From Candidatus Fervidifonticultor secundus (lineage in GTDB: Bacteria > Sysuimicrobiota > Sysuimicrobiia > Sysuimicrobiales > Humicultoraceae), in NCBI GenBank assembly GCA_031459385.1, contig JAVKIP010000002.1:160355-224354 (forward strand): 64,000 nt of DNA, in the 5' to 3' direction. A model generated the notes under the pieces. That model was not told the origin of the DNA. It worked only from the letters and a program-made list of their open reading frames with translations, and ran no database searches. The position numbers were made by a program, and so were the translations under genes. Below are positions 30,939-40,157 of the stretch, piece by piece (position 1 is the first letter of the stretch; every line of letters begins with the position of its first letter).

Positions 30939-31382
30939 CTACCAGAGGTGCGAGAACTTCCGCGCGAAGCGCTGCTCCAGTTCGTCGCGGTTCAGGTGGT
31001 ACACCGGGCACTCTCGGAGCATGCACACGTGCAGCGCCGTGTTGCAGTAGGCCTCGGGGACCTCCCAGCACCGCCGGTTCACGTAGTAGGCGGCGCACAC
31101 CCCCCGGCGGGTCGCCGGGAGTTCCGCTCCCGGCCCGGGGCCCGGGACAACTGGCGCGCCCGGTGTGGCCCCCGCCGACTCCGGATCCCGCACCAGGCGC
31201 AGAATCGGCCGCGCGTCCCGGGCGGGCGCCTCAGCGCCCCCGCCGCGGGAGGCGACGGCCGGGACCACCGGCTGTTCCAGTACCGGCGGGGATGGCGGCG
31301 CGGCCAGCGCCTCCAGTTCCCGAGAGGCCGTTTCGATGAGGTTCCTAACGCCGCGCCGGAGCTCCTCGCGCCCGCTGGGCAT
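30939..31382 (-). CDS. Hypothetical ParA-partner protein with Cys-rich C-terminal domain
   Basis: Overlaps parA stop by 38 bp; N-term GREELRRGVRNLI, P/A-rich linker, C-term C-x8-CWE-x5-C-x6-C-x4-CPVY. Confidence 0.75.
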   Translation of the reverse strand: MPSGREELRRGVRNLIETASRELEALAAPPSPPVLEQPVVPAVASRGGGAEAPARDARPILRLVRDPESAGATPGAPVVPGPGPGAELPATRRGVCAAYYVNRRCWEVPEAYCNTALHVCMLRECPVYHLNRDELEQRFARKFSHLW

Positions 31383-32160
31383 GAGCGATCACCTCGTGAG
31401 CCAGGCTCATGTATTCTTTGGCGCCCCGCGACTCAGGATTCGTGAGAAACAGCGGCACGCCGCTCATCGACGACTCGACCAGCTTGATGTTGAAGTGAAT
31501 CGTCGTGTGAAAGACCTGATTGGGGAAGTACTCGTGGATGCCCTGGAGGATCTCTTTGCTGATCGTCGTCCGGGAGTCGTACATCGTGGGGAGCACGCCG
31601 ACGATCTCCACCTGGTGGCCGAGTTCGTCGCGTACCATCTTCAGCGTCCGCAGCAGCTGACGCATCCCCAGCAGCGCATAGTAGTGGGTCTGGATCGGCA
31701 CGATGATGCCGTCGCACGCCACCAGGGCGTTGAGCGTCAACAGCCCCAGCGAGGGCGGCGTGTCGATGATGATGAACGCGTAGCGCTCCCGCAGGGGCTG
31801 GAGCCGGCGCCGCAGTGCCTGCTCGCGCCCGATGCGGGAGACGAGTTCCATCTCGGCGGCCGCCAGGTCGATGGAGGACGGGGCGACCTCCAGCCCCGCC
31901 ACCGGGGTGGGACGGACGATCGTGGCCAGGGGCAGGCCCTCGTCCGTACTGCTGTCGACGATGACATGGTAGACAGTGCGGTCCAGCGTGGCCGGGTCCA
32001 CCCCCAGGCTGACCGTCGCATTGGCCTGGGGATCCAGGTCGACCAGAAGCGTCCGGTGCCCAGCTGCCGCCAGCGAGGCGCTGAGGTTGACAGCAGTCGT
32101 GGTCTTGCCGCATCCGCCTTTTTGGTTGACCAAACCGATGACCTGCGCCTCGGCGCTCAC
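31345..32160 (-). CDS. ParA/Soj family ATPase (orphan)
   Basis: NQKGGCGKTTT, DLDPQAN, IDTPPSLG.LT.NAL, TMYD.RT; no ParB-domain gene adjacent. Confidence 0.95.
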   Translation of the reverse strand: MSAEAQVIGLVNQKGGCGKTTTAVNLSASLAAAGHRTLLVDLDPQANATVSLGVDPATLDRTVYHVIVDSSTDEGLPLATIVRPTPVAGLEVAPSSIDLAAAEMELVSRIGREQALRRRLQPLRERYAFIIIDTPPSLGLLTLNALVACDGIIVPIQTHYYALLGMRQLLRTLKMVRDELGHQVEIVGVLPTMYDSRTTISKEILQGIHEYFPNQVFHTTIHFNIKLVESSMSGVPLFLTNPESRGAKEYMSLAHEVIAHAQRARGAPARR

Positions 32161-32325
32161 CCGGGTCGCTCCCCGGACGCCCGCATCGCGGCGTCACATT
32201 TGCCTCGCTGTTCGACCTGCCGCGAACGTTCTCCTCCGTTGGGGCCCGGCCTGGCGCGGCAGGACTGCCCGGGGGCCGGGGAAAAGTAAGCGGTGAGCGC
32301 GTGAGTGCGGCAGGGGGTGGAGAGG

Positions 32326-33483
32326 ATGCGAATCACGGTGAGCGTCATCAAGGCGGACGTGGGGGCCGTCGGCGGCCACACGATCCCCAGCGCGGAACTG
32401 CTCGCCATTGCACGCGCCGGCGTGGACCGGGCCAGGGGGACGCTGCTCGTCGACGGGTACGTCTGCCACTGCGGCGATGACCTGGGCCTCATCATGACGC
32501 ACACCCATGGCCCGGACAGCCCCGAGATCCACCAACTGGCCTGGGACATCTTCATGGAGGCCACGGAGAAGGCCAAGACGCAGGGTCTCTACGGCGCCGG
32601 GCAGGACATGCTCAAGGACGCGTTCTCGGGCAACGTGCGCGGGCTCGGTCCCGGCAGCGCGGAGATCGAATTCGAGGAGCGTCCCAACGAGGCCCTGATG
32701 GTCCTGCTGGCTGACAAGTGCGGGCCGGGCGCCTTCAACCTGCCGCTCTACCTGGCCTTCGCCGACCCCATGTACTCACCCGGGCTGCTGCTCTCCGAAG
32801 GCCTGCACGACGGGTTCACTTTCCACATCATGGACATGGACCACACCGAGGGCGACCGCGTCATCGTGCTGGAGGCGCCGGAGCGGCTGTACGACATCGC
32901 CACCCTGCTGCGCGACACGAACCGGTATGCGATCGAGTCGATCTGGTCCCGGAAGTACCCCACCGAGCAGGGCGCGGCGGTTGGCACGACCCGGCTGCGC
33001 AACATCGCGGGACGGTACGTGGGGAAAGACGATCCGCCGGCGGTCGTGCGGGTCCAGAAGATCTTTCCCGCCACCGAGGAGTTCGGTCCACCGTTTGCGG
33101 TGGGAGCGTTCGTGGGTGGCGACACCCGGGGCAGCCACAACCTGCCGCTGATGCCCGTGCCCATGAACACCCCGGCCTCGACGTTCTTCTGTGTGCCGAT
33201 GGTGTGCGCCTTGGGCTTCTCGGTGCACGACGGCCGCCTGACAGGGCCTGCCGATCTGTTCGCCGACCCGTTCTGGGACCGCGTGCGTCACCAGATCGCG
33301 GCCAAGGCCATGGAGATGCGCCGGCAGGGATTCTTCGAGCCCGCCACCCTGCCCTTCTCGGAACTGGAGTACGGGGGGATCGTGGCCCGGCTGGCGCGCC
33401 TCGACCGAGAGTTCCGGATCCGGGACGGCCGACAGCCCGCGGCGCCCGCGGGTGTGCGCGCCGACGCCGGCGACCCCGACTGA
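32326..33483 (+). CDS. fbp: Bifunctional fructose-1,6-bisphosphate aldolase/phosphatase (class V FBPase)
   Basis: SVIKADVG..GGH, GDD, LYGAGQD, DK..PGAFNLP, YVGKDDP, RGSH..PLMP, ELEY; SD GGAGAGG. Confidence 0.93.
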   Translation: MRITVSVIKADVGAVGGHTIPSAELLAIARAGVDRARGTLLVDGYVCHCGDDLGLIMTHTHGPDSPEIHQLAWDIFMEATEKAKTQGLYGAGQDMLKDAFSGNVRGLGPGSAEIEFEERPNEALMVLLADKCGPGAFNLPLYLAFADPMYSPGLLLSEGLHDGFTFHIMDMDHTEGDRVIVLEAPERLYDIATLLRDTNRYAIESIWSRKYPTEQGAAVGTTRLRNIAGRYVGKDDPPAVVRVQKIFPATEEFGPPFAVGAFVGGDTRGSHNLPLMPVPMNTPASTFFCVPMVCALGFSVHDGRLTGPADLFADPFWDRVRHQIAAKAMEMRRQGFFEPATLPFSELEYGGIVARLARLDREFRIRDGRQPAAPAGVRADAGDPD

Positions 33484-33510
33484 CCCTGACCGCTGCAGCG
33501 CACAGGAGGC

Positions 33511-33542
33511 ACGGCGAGGGGGCGAGTTTGCCCCCTCGCCGT
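33511..33542. terminator. Hairpin between convergent genes (possible bidirectional terminator)
   Basis: acggcgagggggc-gagttt-gccccctcgccgt inverted repeat; no U-tract. Confidence 0.55.
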
Positions 33543-33555
33543 ACGCCGCACCCGA

Positions 33556-33708
33556 TCAGTAGTGGGCGTCGGGCTCCCTGGCCTGCCGGGCCGTGGCGCG
33601 GTCCACCCAGCGGATCAGCCCGGGCCAGACCGCCGGGAGCATGCCACCCACTGCGATCATGAACGCCAGGAACCAGAGGGTGAACCCGACGTAGTCACGT
33701 TCCGTCAT
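33556..33708 (-). CDS. Small (50 aa) single-pass membrane protein
   Basis: Not in ORF track. MTERDYVGFTLWFLAFMIAVGGMLPAVWPGLIRWVDRATARQAREPDAHY; SD GGAGG; overlaps cca stop. Confidence 0.7.
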   Translation of the reverse strand: MTERDYVGFTLWFLAFMIAVGGMLPAVWPGLIRWVDRATARQAREPDAHY

Positions 33709-35197
33709 CCTGGCCTCCCGGTCGCCCCCGTCTGGTCGTCGACCCGCCGGGTTCGGCGCCGCCGTCCGTCGCTCCTGCCGGGAAGCGCGCCCGCACCATG
33801 GCGCGCGCCTCCTCCGGGGTCGACACCAGACCCTCGGCCCGCGCGTCCTCCACCGCGTCCAGGATCGTCGCGAACTGCGGTCCGGGCCGGTAGCCCATGG
33901 CGATCAGATCGTGCCCGGTGAGCAGCCGCGGGCGCGCCGCCTCTGCCTGTACTGCCGCCAGCAGCGCGACTACGCGCTCGTAGACTGTCAGGTCGCCGTG
34001 ACTCGCCAGGCAGTCGGCCCGGTAGAGTTCGAGGAGATCGTGGATGTCGTCGCGGCGCAGGAACTGGCGCGCGCGCCCCGGGCGCATCTTCGGGACGTCC
34101 CCGACACGCTGGTGGTCGCGGACGAGGGCTACGACCGCGCGGCGCTGTGCGGCGGGCAGCCGGAGGCGCCGGCAGATCCGTTCGGCCAGGCCGGCACCCG
34201 CTTCCGCATGCCCGTGGAAGCGGATGCGGTCGCTGACGGTCATGGTGAGCGGCTTGCCCACATCGTGCAGCAGCGTCGCCAGCGCCAGGGTGGGCGTTGG
34301 CTCCCGCAGGAACTCCAGCGCCAGGCAGGTGTGCGTGAACACGTCCCCTTCCGGGTGGAACGCGGGCGGCTGCGAGACACCCGCCATGGCGTCGACCTCA
34401 GGAAGCAGCGCCGCCAGCAGGCCGGTGGCGCGCAAGAGGCGCAGCCCCGATGCCCGTCCGGGCGCGGTCAGCAGACGCTGCAGCTCGTCGCGGATGCGCT
34501 CACCGCTGACCGTCGCGACGGTAGGCGCGAGGCGGCAGATCGCCTCCAGCGTGCCCGGTTCCACGGTAAACTCGAGCTGCGCGGCCAGGCGGACGGCGCG
34601 CAGCAACCGCAGGCGGTCTTCCGCGAAGCGCACTGCGGGATCGCCCACAGTGCGCACCAGGCGCGCCGCCAGGTCCGCGCGGCCGCCCACGAAGTCCAGC
34701 ACGGTCCCCGTGCGGGGATCGTAGAGCAGGGCGTTGACCGTGAAGTCGCGCCGCTCCACGTCCTCGCGGACGCCGGCGAACTCCACGGCCGAGGGCCGCC
34801 GCCCGTCGTGGTAGGGTCCCTCGCGGCGGAACGTGGCGACCTGAAACGTCCGATCGCCGATGACGACCCCGACGACGCCGAACGCCGCCCCGAGCGACAC
34901 CGTCCGGGGAAACAGCCGGAGCACTTCGTCGGGAGGCGCCGCGGTAACGATGTCGAGATCGTGGGGCGTCCGGCCCAGGAGCACGTCGCGCACCACGCCG
35001 CCGACGAGATATGTCTCCCACCCGGCCTCGAGCAGGCGGCAAGCGACCTCGAAGCCGGCACGCAGGGACGGAGGCAGTCGCGCCAGCAGCGCCGCCGGCG
35101 CGATCGCCTCGGGCAGTGCGTCTCGCGGGCTCAGGCGGCCGGCGTCATCCGTCGGGCTGCTCCTCGGCCCGCACGCCCGCGCTGCGCGTGCGCTCAT
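33695..35197 (-). CDS. cca: CCA tRNA nucleotidyltransferase with HD domain
   Basis: YLVGG.VRD, DLDI, RRDFTVNAL, EDRLR..R, ERI..E, FHPEGDV..H, LLHDVGKP; start uncertain. Confidence 0.92.
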   Translation of the reverse strand: MSARAARACGPRSSPTDDAGRLSPRDALPEAIAPAALLARLPPSLRAGFEVACRLLEAGWETYLVGGVVRDVLLGRTPHDLDIVTAAPPDEVLRLFPRTVSLGAAFGVVGVVIGDRTFQVATFRREGPYHDGRRPSAVEFAGVREDVERRDFTVNALLYDPRTGTVLDFVGGRADLAARLVRTVGDPAVRFAEDRLRLLRAVRLAAQLEFTVEPGTLEAICRLAPTVATVSGERIRDELQRLLTAPGRASGLRLLRATGLLAALLPEVDAMAGVSQPPAFHPEGDVFTHTCLALEFLREPTPTLALATLLHDVGKPLTMTVSDRIRFHGHAEAGAGLAERICRRLRLPAAQRRAVVALVRDHQRVGDVPKMRPGRARQFLRRDDIHDLLELYRADCLASHGDLTVYERVVALLAAVQAEAARPRLLTGHDLIAMGYRPGPQFATILDAVEDARAEGLVSTPEEARAMVRARFPAGATDGGAEPGGSTTRRGRPGGQDDGT

Positions 35198-35474
35198 CGA
35201 GCAGCTCGCGGCCCCGCTCCAGCGCTTCCCGCAGGCGCGCGGTCCCTTCCTCGACCTTCGCCCGGCCGCGCTGCGTGAGCTCGTCGGCCCTGCTCTTCAC
35301 GCGCCGCGCCACGTCATCCGCGCGGTCCCAGGCCCGGTCCCGGAACTCCTCGGCCGACTCCAGCAACCGGCCCCGCGTCTCGGCGCCCGATCGTGGCGCC
35401 AGCAAAAGAGCACACGCGGCCCCCACCAGCCCGCCCAGGATGAATCCTGCAACGAAGTCAGTGCGGGTGCTCAT
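35145..35474 (-). CDS. YtxH domain protein
   Basis: F..G...G...GA..ALLLAPRSG.ETR..L followed by coiled-coil. Confidence 0.9.
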   Translation of the reverse strand: MSTRTDFVAGFILGGLVGAACALLLAPRSGAETRGRLLESAEEFRDRAWDRADDVARRVKSRADELTQRGRAKVEEGTARLREALERGRELLDERTRSAGVRAEEQPDG

Positions 35475-36570
35475 GGCCCGTCTCCTCCTCGTCCTGGAGC
35501 TCCCTTTCTATAATACCCCCACCCAGCACCCGGATCCCCTCGTAGAACGCCACCGCTTGGCCCGGGGCGGCTGCCCGCTGTGGCGTCGTGAACCACACGT
35601 CCACGGTCCCGTCGCTTTGCACCGCCAGCGTCACCGGCACGTCCGCCGCCGCATGCCTGAGGCGGGCGGTGACAGCCGAAGGTAGTGGCGGCGGAACGAT
35701 CCAGTTGACCCGACCGACGCGGACCCCGCGCCAGGCCAGCGCGCCTGCCGGCCCCACGACGAGCCGATTGCCAGGCGCGTCTACCGCCAGCACGTACACG
35801 GGCGCGCCGGTGGCCACGCCCAGCCCGCGCCGCTGGCCCACGGTGTACCTGGCGATCCCACGGTGCGTGCCGACCGTGCGGCCGGCCAGGTCCACGATGG
35901 GACCCGGCCGCACCGCGTCGGGCCGGCGGGCGGCCACGAGATCGCCGTAGTGTCCGGCGGGAATGAAGCAGATCTCCTGACTGTCGGGCTTGTCGGCCAC
36001 TGGCAGCCCGGCCTCCCGCGCGAGCGCGCGGATCGCGGGCTTGGTGTAGTCGCCCACCGGAAACCGCACGCGGGCGAGCTGGTCCTGCGTGAGGCCGTAC
36101 AGCACGTAGGACTGGTCCTTGGCCGGGTCTGCGGCCCGCAGCAGCACGTAGCGCCCGCTGGCTGGGTCCCTGGCGACCCGCGCATAGTGGCCGGTAGCCA
36201 GGGCCGCACACCCGAGGCCGTCCACCGTCTCGAGCAGCACGCGAAACTTGATCTCCTGGTTGCAGGCGACGCAGGGATTCGGCGTGCGGCCGCGCGCGTA
36301 CTCGTCGCAGAAGTAGTCGATCACCGCGCGCTCGAACGCCTCGCGCAGGTTGAGCACGTAATGGCGGATCCCGAGCGCCCGGGCCGCTGCGCGCGCGTCC
36401 TCCACCGCTGTAACCCCGCAGCAGGTCCGGTGGCCCGCGTCGGGCTCGCTGAGCCAGGTGGGCCAGAGGTTCATAGTCAGGCCAATGACCTCGTGCCCCT
36501 CGCGGACGAGGAGCGCGGCGGCCACGGCGCTGTCCACGCCTCCGCTCATTGCCACGGCGATACGTGCCAC
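35458..36570 (-). CDS. mnmA: tRNA 2-thiouridine(34) synthase
   Basis: AMSGGVDS, CC motif, TPNPC..CN..KF, ATGHYAR, KDQSY.L, DSQEICF, YT.GQR.GL, PGQ...FY. Confidence 0.97.
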   Translation of the reverse strand: MARIAVAMSGGVDSAVAAALLVREGHEVIGLTMNLWPTWLSEPDAGHRTCCGVTAVEDARAAARALGIRHYVLNLREAFERAVIDYFCDEYARGRTPNPCVACNQEIKFRVLLETVDGLGCAALATGHYARVARDPASGRYVLLRAADPAKDQSYVLYGLTQDQLARVRFPVGDYTKPAIRALAREAGLPVADKPDSQEICFIPAGHYGDLVAARRPDAVRPGPIVDLAGRTVGTHRGIARYTVGQRRGLGVATGAPVYVLAVDAPGNRLVVGPAGALAWRGVRVGRVNWIVPPPLPSAVTARLRHAAADVPVTLAVQSDGTVDVWFTTPQRAAAPGQAVAFYEGIRVLGGGIIERELQDEEETGHEHPH

Positions 36571-36600
36571 AGGACTCCCCTCGTGCGGCGACGCGCCCCG

Positions 36601-36630
36601 ATGGTAGCAGGCCACCCGACGGGGTGTCAA
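36601..36630 (-). promoter_or_regulatory. mnmA promoter
   Basis: TTGACA (overlaps rarA TGA), 18 nt, TG-extended TACCAT. Confidence 0.7.
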
Positions 36631-37979
36631 AGACCGTGATCCGGCTCGCCGGAGGTTCCCGTGCCGCCGTCGTCGCCCCACCATTGGGCCAGGCGCCGCC
36701 GGATCTCGGCTTCGAACCCGTGGGCGGTGGGGTGATAGTAATGGCGGCCCTGCACCCCGGCGGGGCGATAGGCCTGGCGCACGAAGCTGCCCGGATAATC
36801 GTGCGGATAGCGGTAGTCGCGGCCGTACCCGAGGCGCGTTGTCACCTGGGGATGGCTCGTATCCCGCAGGTGCACCGGGACCGGTTCGGCGCGCCGCCGC
36901 TCGACGTCGTCGGCCGCCGCGTCGACCGCCCGGACCACGGCGTTGCTCTTGGGCGCCGTGGCGATGTAGAGCGCCGCCTCGGTCATGGGCAGGCGCGCCT
37001 CAGGCAGGCCGACGTATTCCAGGGCGTGCGCCGCCGCCACCGCCACCACCAGCGCCAGCGGGTCGGCCAGGCCGACGTCCTCGGCGGCGTGCACGATCAT
37101 GCGGCGAGCGATAAAACGCGGGTCCTCGCCGGCGGCCAGCATGCGCGCCAGCCAGTATACTGCAGCGTCCGGGTCCGACCCTCGCAGGCTCTTGATGAAC
37201 GCGGAGATCGCATCGTAGTGGGCGTCGCCCTCGCGGTCGTAGACCAGGACCGGGCGCTGGGTGGCGTCTGTCGCCAGCGCTTCCGTCACGCGGCGGCCGC
37301 CGGGGGTGTCGGCGGCCGCCGCCGCGGCCAGCTCCAGCGCGTTCAGCGCCACCCGGGCGTCGCCGTTGCTCACGCGCACCAGGTGCTCCAGGGCCGCGGG
37401 CTCGACCTCGACGCCCAGCGGGCCGAGCCCACGCTCGTCGGTGAGCGCGCGCGCCAGGATCGTCCGGATCTCGTCGTCCGACAGCGGCTCCAGCCGCGCG
37501 ACCCTCGACCGCGACACGAGGGTCGCGGTGACGTCGTAGAACGGGTTCTCAGTCGTGGCCCCGATCAGGATGATGGTCCCGTCCTCGACGTGCGGCAGCA
37601 GCACGTCCTGCTGGGCCTTGTTGAACCGATGGATCTCGTCGATGATCACCAGCGTCCGCTGCCGGTGGAACGCCAGCCGATCGCGGGCCTCGCCGATGAT
37701 GCGCCGGAGGTCGGCGACGCCGGCGGTGACGGCGTTCACCTGCTCGACGTGGGCCCTGGAGGCGGCCGCGATGAGCAGGGCCAGGGACGTCTTGCCCACG
37801 CCAGGCGGCCCCCAGAGGATCAGGCTACGAACCTCATCGGCTTCGATAGCGCGGCGCAGGGCCCGCCCCGGTCCGACCAGGTGCTCCTGACCCACGAACT
37901 CGTCTAGCGACCGCGGACGCATACGGGCAGCCAGCGGCGCGGCCGGGCGGCCTGGGCCCTGGGGATCGAACAGCGCCAT
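36627..37979 (-). CDS. rarA: Replication-associated recombination protein A (MgsA/RarA)
   Basis: PLAARMRP, WGPPGVGKT, DEIHRFNKAQQD, GATTENP, SA..KS.RGSDPDA, APKSN, Y.YPHD. Confidence 0.97.
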   Translation of the reverse strand: MALFDPQGPGRPAAPLAARMRPRSLDEFVGQEHLVGPGRALRRAIEADEVRSLILWGPPGVGKTSLALLIAAASRAHVEQVNAVTAGVADLRRIIGEARDRLAFHRQRTLVIIDEIHRFNKAQQDVLLPHVEDGTIILIGATTENPFYDVTATLVSRSRVARLEPLSDDEIRTILARALTDERGLGPLGVEVEPAALEHLVRVSNGDARVALNALELAAAAAADTPGGRRVTEALATDATQRPVLVYDREGDAHYDAISAFIKSLRGSDPDAAVYWLARMLAAGEDPRFIARRMIVHAAEDVGLADPLALVVAVAAAHALEYVGLPEARLPMTEAALYIATAPKSNAVVRAVDAAADDVERRRAEPVPVHLRDTSHPQVTTRLGYGRDYRYPHDYPGSFVRQAYRPAGVQGRHYYHPTAHGFEAEIRRRLAQWWGDDGGTGTSGEPDHGL

Positions 37980-38032
37980 TCCAACTCCATCGTAGCACGC
38001 CGGGTGGGGCACCGAACGCCGCGGCGCAGAGA

Positions 38033-38066
38033 CAGAACGGGCGGCCGCGCCTCAGCGGCCGCCCGC
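38033..38066 (-). terminator. Putative terminator after 6S RNA
   Basis: gcgggcggccgc-tgaggc-gcggccgcccgt hairpin followed by tctgtctct. Confidence 0.6.
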
Positions 38067-38073
38067 CGTCACC

Positions 38074-38262
38074 GTTCTCCGCCATGCCGTACGGGACGAA
38101 GCTCCCGAACCCCGCTCTCGCAGGTGGGCGCCTCCCGACCGCCCCGGGCCACAACCAGCACCAGCCTATGCCGCAGGTGCCCTTGGACGGCCGGAGTCCG
38201 GCTCCCCAACGTTCGCTGTTGGATCGGAGCTTATCCGACCCGCCTCGCACACGGCAGAGAAC
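38074..38262 (-). ncRNA. ssrS: 6S RNA
   Basis: ~190 nt; 5' GTTCTCTGCCGTG pairs with 3' CATGGCGGAGAAC; CCCACCTG..GCGGGGTTC 3' strand motif; upstream TG-TATGCT -10; downstream of aspS like Bacillus 6S-1. Confidence 0.85.
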
Positions 38263-38378
38263 CCTGCCAAGAGCAGCATAGCACGTCACGCCACAGGCCG
38301 CAACGACGCCTGACCCGGAGCCGCCCGCTGCGGGCCCGTCTGCCGGCGCGCGCTGTGCCTGGGCGGCCCGCGGCGCCG

Positions 38379-40157
38379 TCAGGCGCCGCCGTTCGTGACC
38401 GCCAGGTGCAACTCCCGGAGTACGCTGGCGTCGACGGGACTGGGCGCGCCGGTGAGCAGGTCCACGGCGCTGGCCGTCTTGGGGAACGCGATCACTTCCC
38501 GGATCGTGTGCTCCCCGGCCAACGCCATCACGAAGCGGTCCAGCCCAAACGCGATGCCCCCATGGGGCGGCGCGCCGTACTGGAGGGCGTCCAGCAGAAA
38601 GCCGAACCGCGCCCGCGCCTCCTCGGGCGTGATACCGAGCAACGCAAAGAGTCGCTCCTGCAGGCTGCGCTCATGGATGCGGATGCTCCCCCCGGCCACC
38701 TCGAGCCCATTGAGCACCAGGTCGTGCGCCTTGGCGCGTACCCGGGCGGGCGCGGTGTCGAGCAGCGGGCGATCCTCGTCCAGCGGCGCCGTGAAGGGAT
38801 GGTGCACGGCAACGTGACGGCGTTCCTCGGGGCTGTACTCAAGGAGCGGGAACTCCAGAATCCAGGCAAACCGCAGCTCCGTCGGTTCGGGCTGCCAGCC
38901 GCCGCGCTCCGCGACCAGGAGCCGGAGCCGCCCCAGTGCCGCGGCCACCCTCGCCTCGGGCCCTGCGGCCACCAGCAGGAGGTCGCCGTCTCCCGCGCCG
39001 AACCTGACGCGCAGCGCCTCCAGTTCGCCTGGACCCATGTGGCGCGCCAGCGCGCCCCTGGGCCCTGCGGGTCCCAGGGCAACAGTGGCCAGGCCTTCGA
39101 GGCCGGCGGCCGTCGCGACCGCTCCCCAGGCCTCCACCTCGCGCCGTGTCACACCCGCCAGCCCGGCCGCCCGCAGCCCCCGGACGACGCCACCGGCGCT
39201 GACGGCCGCCCGGAACCGCTCCACGCCGCCGGCTGCCGCCAGGTCGGTCAGGTCCACGATCTCGACCCCGATGCGCAGGTCGGGCTTGTCGGTTCCGTAG
39301 CGGCGTACCGCCTCGGCATACGACAGGCGCGGGAACGGGCGCGCGACCCGGACACCGGCGGCCTCCTCCACAACCGCCGCCACCATCTCCTCGGTGACAG
39401 CCAGCACATCGTCCTGGCTGACGAAGCTCATCTCCAGGTCGATCTGCGTGAACTCGGGCTGGCGGTCGGCCCGCAGGTCTTCGTCGCGAAAGCACCGGAC
39501 GATCTGAAAGTAGCGGTCGATGCCCGCGACCATGAGCAACTGCTTGAACAGCTGCGGCGACTGCGGCAGGGCGTAGAAGTGCCCCCGGTGCAGCCGGCTG
39601 GGCACCAGGAAGTCCCGCGCGCCCTCGGGCGTGCTCCGAATCAACATCGGCGTCTCGACTTCCAGGAACCCCAGCCGGTCGAGCACGCGGCGCGTGGCCA
39701 GCGCCACCCGATGGCGCAGGAGCAGGTTCCGGTACATGCGGGGACGTCGCAGATCGAGGAACCGGTAGCGCAGCCGTACCGCCTCGTCCACCCCGCCGTC
39801 GTCACCCGGGGCGAACGGCGGCACCAGCGACGGCGCCAGCACCCGCAGCGCCTCCGCGCGCACTTCCACGTCGCCCGTTGGCAGGCGACGATTCTCGGTG
39901 CCGGCAGGCCGGCGTGCCACCACGCCCTCCACCCCCACCACGTACTCACTCCGCACGGTCCCCGCGGTGACGCCGGCGTCCGGAGCCGCCCGCGGGTCCA
40001 CCACGACCTGGACGACACCCTCGCGATCGCGCAGATCCAGGAAGATCAGGCCCCCGAGATCGCGGCGGCGCTGGACCCACCCGGCCAGCCGGACCCGCTG
40101 GCCGGCGTGGGCCGGCCGGAGTTCCCCGCACATGTGGGAACGCAGTGCTGTCCTCAC
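38379..40157 (-). CDS. aspS: Aspartate--tRNA ligase
   Basis: RSH.CG, RRRDLGGLIF.DLRD, TPEGARDF, LPQSPQLFKQ, FRDED.R.DRQPEFTQ.D.E, GAPPHGG; GTG start overlaps hisS stop. Confidence 0.98.
   Translation of the reverse strand: MRTALRSHMCGELRPAHAGQRVRLAGWVQRRRDLGGLIFLDLRDREGVVQVVVDPRAAPDAGVTAGTVRSEYVVGVEGVVARRPAGTENRRLPTGDVEVRAEALRVLAPSLVPPFAPGDDGGVDEAVRLRYRFLDLRRPRMYRNLLLRHRVALATRRVLDRLGFLEVETPMLIRSTPEGARDFLVPSRLHRGHFYALPQSPQLFKQLLMVAGIDRYFQIVRCFRDEDLRADRQPEFTQIDLEMSFVSQDDVLAVTEEMVAAVVEEAAGVRVARPFPRLSYAEAVRRYGTDKPDLRIGVEIVDLTDLAAAGGVERFRAAVSAGGVVRGLRAAGLAGVTRREVEAWGAVATAAGLEGLATVALGPAGPRGALARHMGPGELEALRVRFGAGDGDLLLVAAGPEARVAAALGRLRLLVAERGGWQPEPTELRFAWILEFPLLEYSPEERRHVAVHHPFTAPLDEDRPLLDTAPARVRAKAHDLVLNGLEVAGGSIRIHERSLQERLFALLGITPEEARARFGFLLDALQYGAPPHGGIAFGLDRFVMALAGEHTIREVIAFPKTASAVDLLTGAPSPVDASVLRELHLAVTNGGA

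Noticed and set aside
32205..32235. GAAC/GTTC half-sites upstream of parA as a LexA box
   Set aside because: Spacing and orientation do not match GAAC-N4-GTTC.
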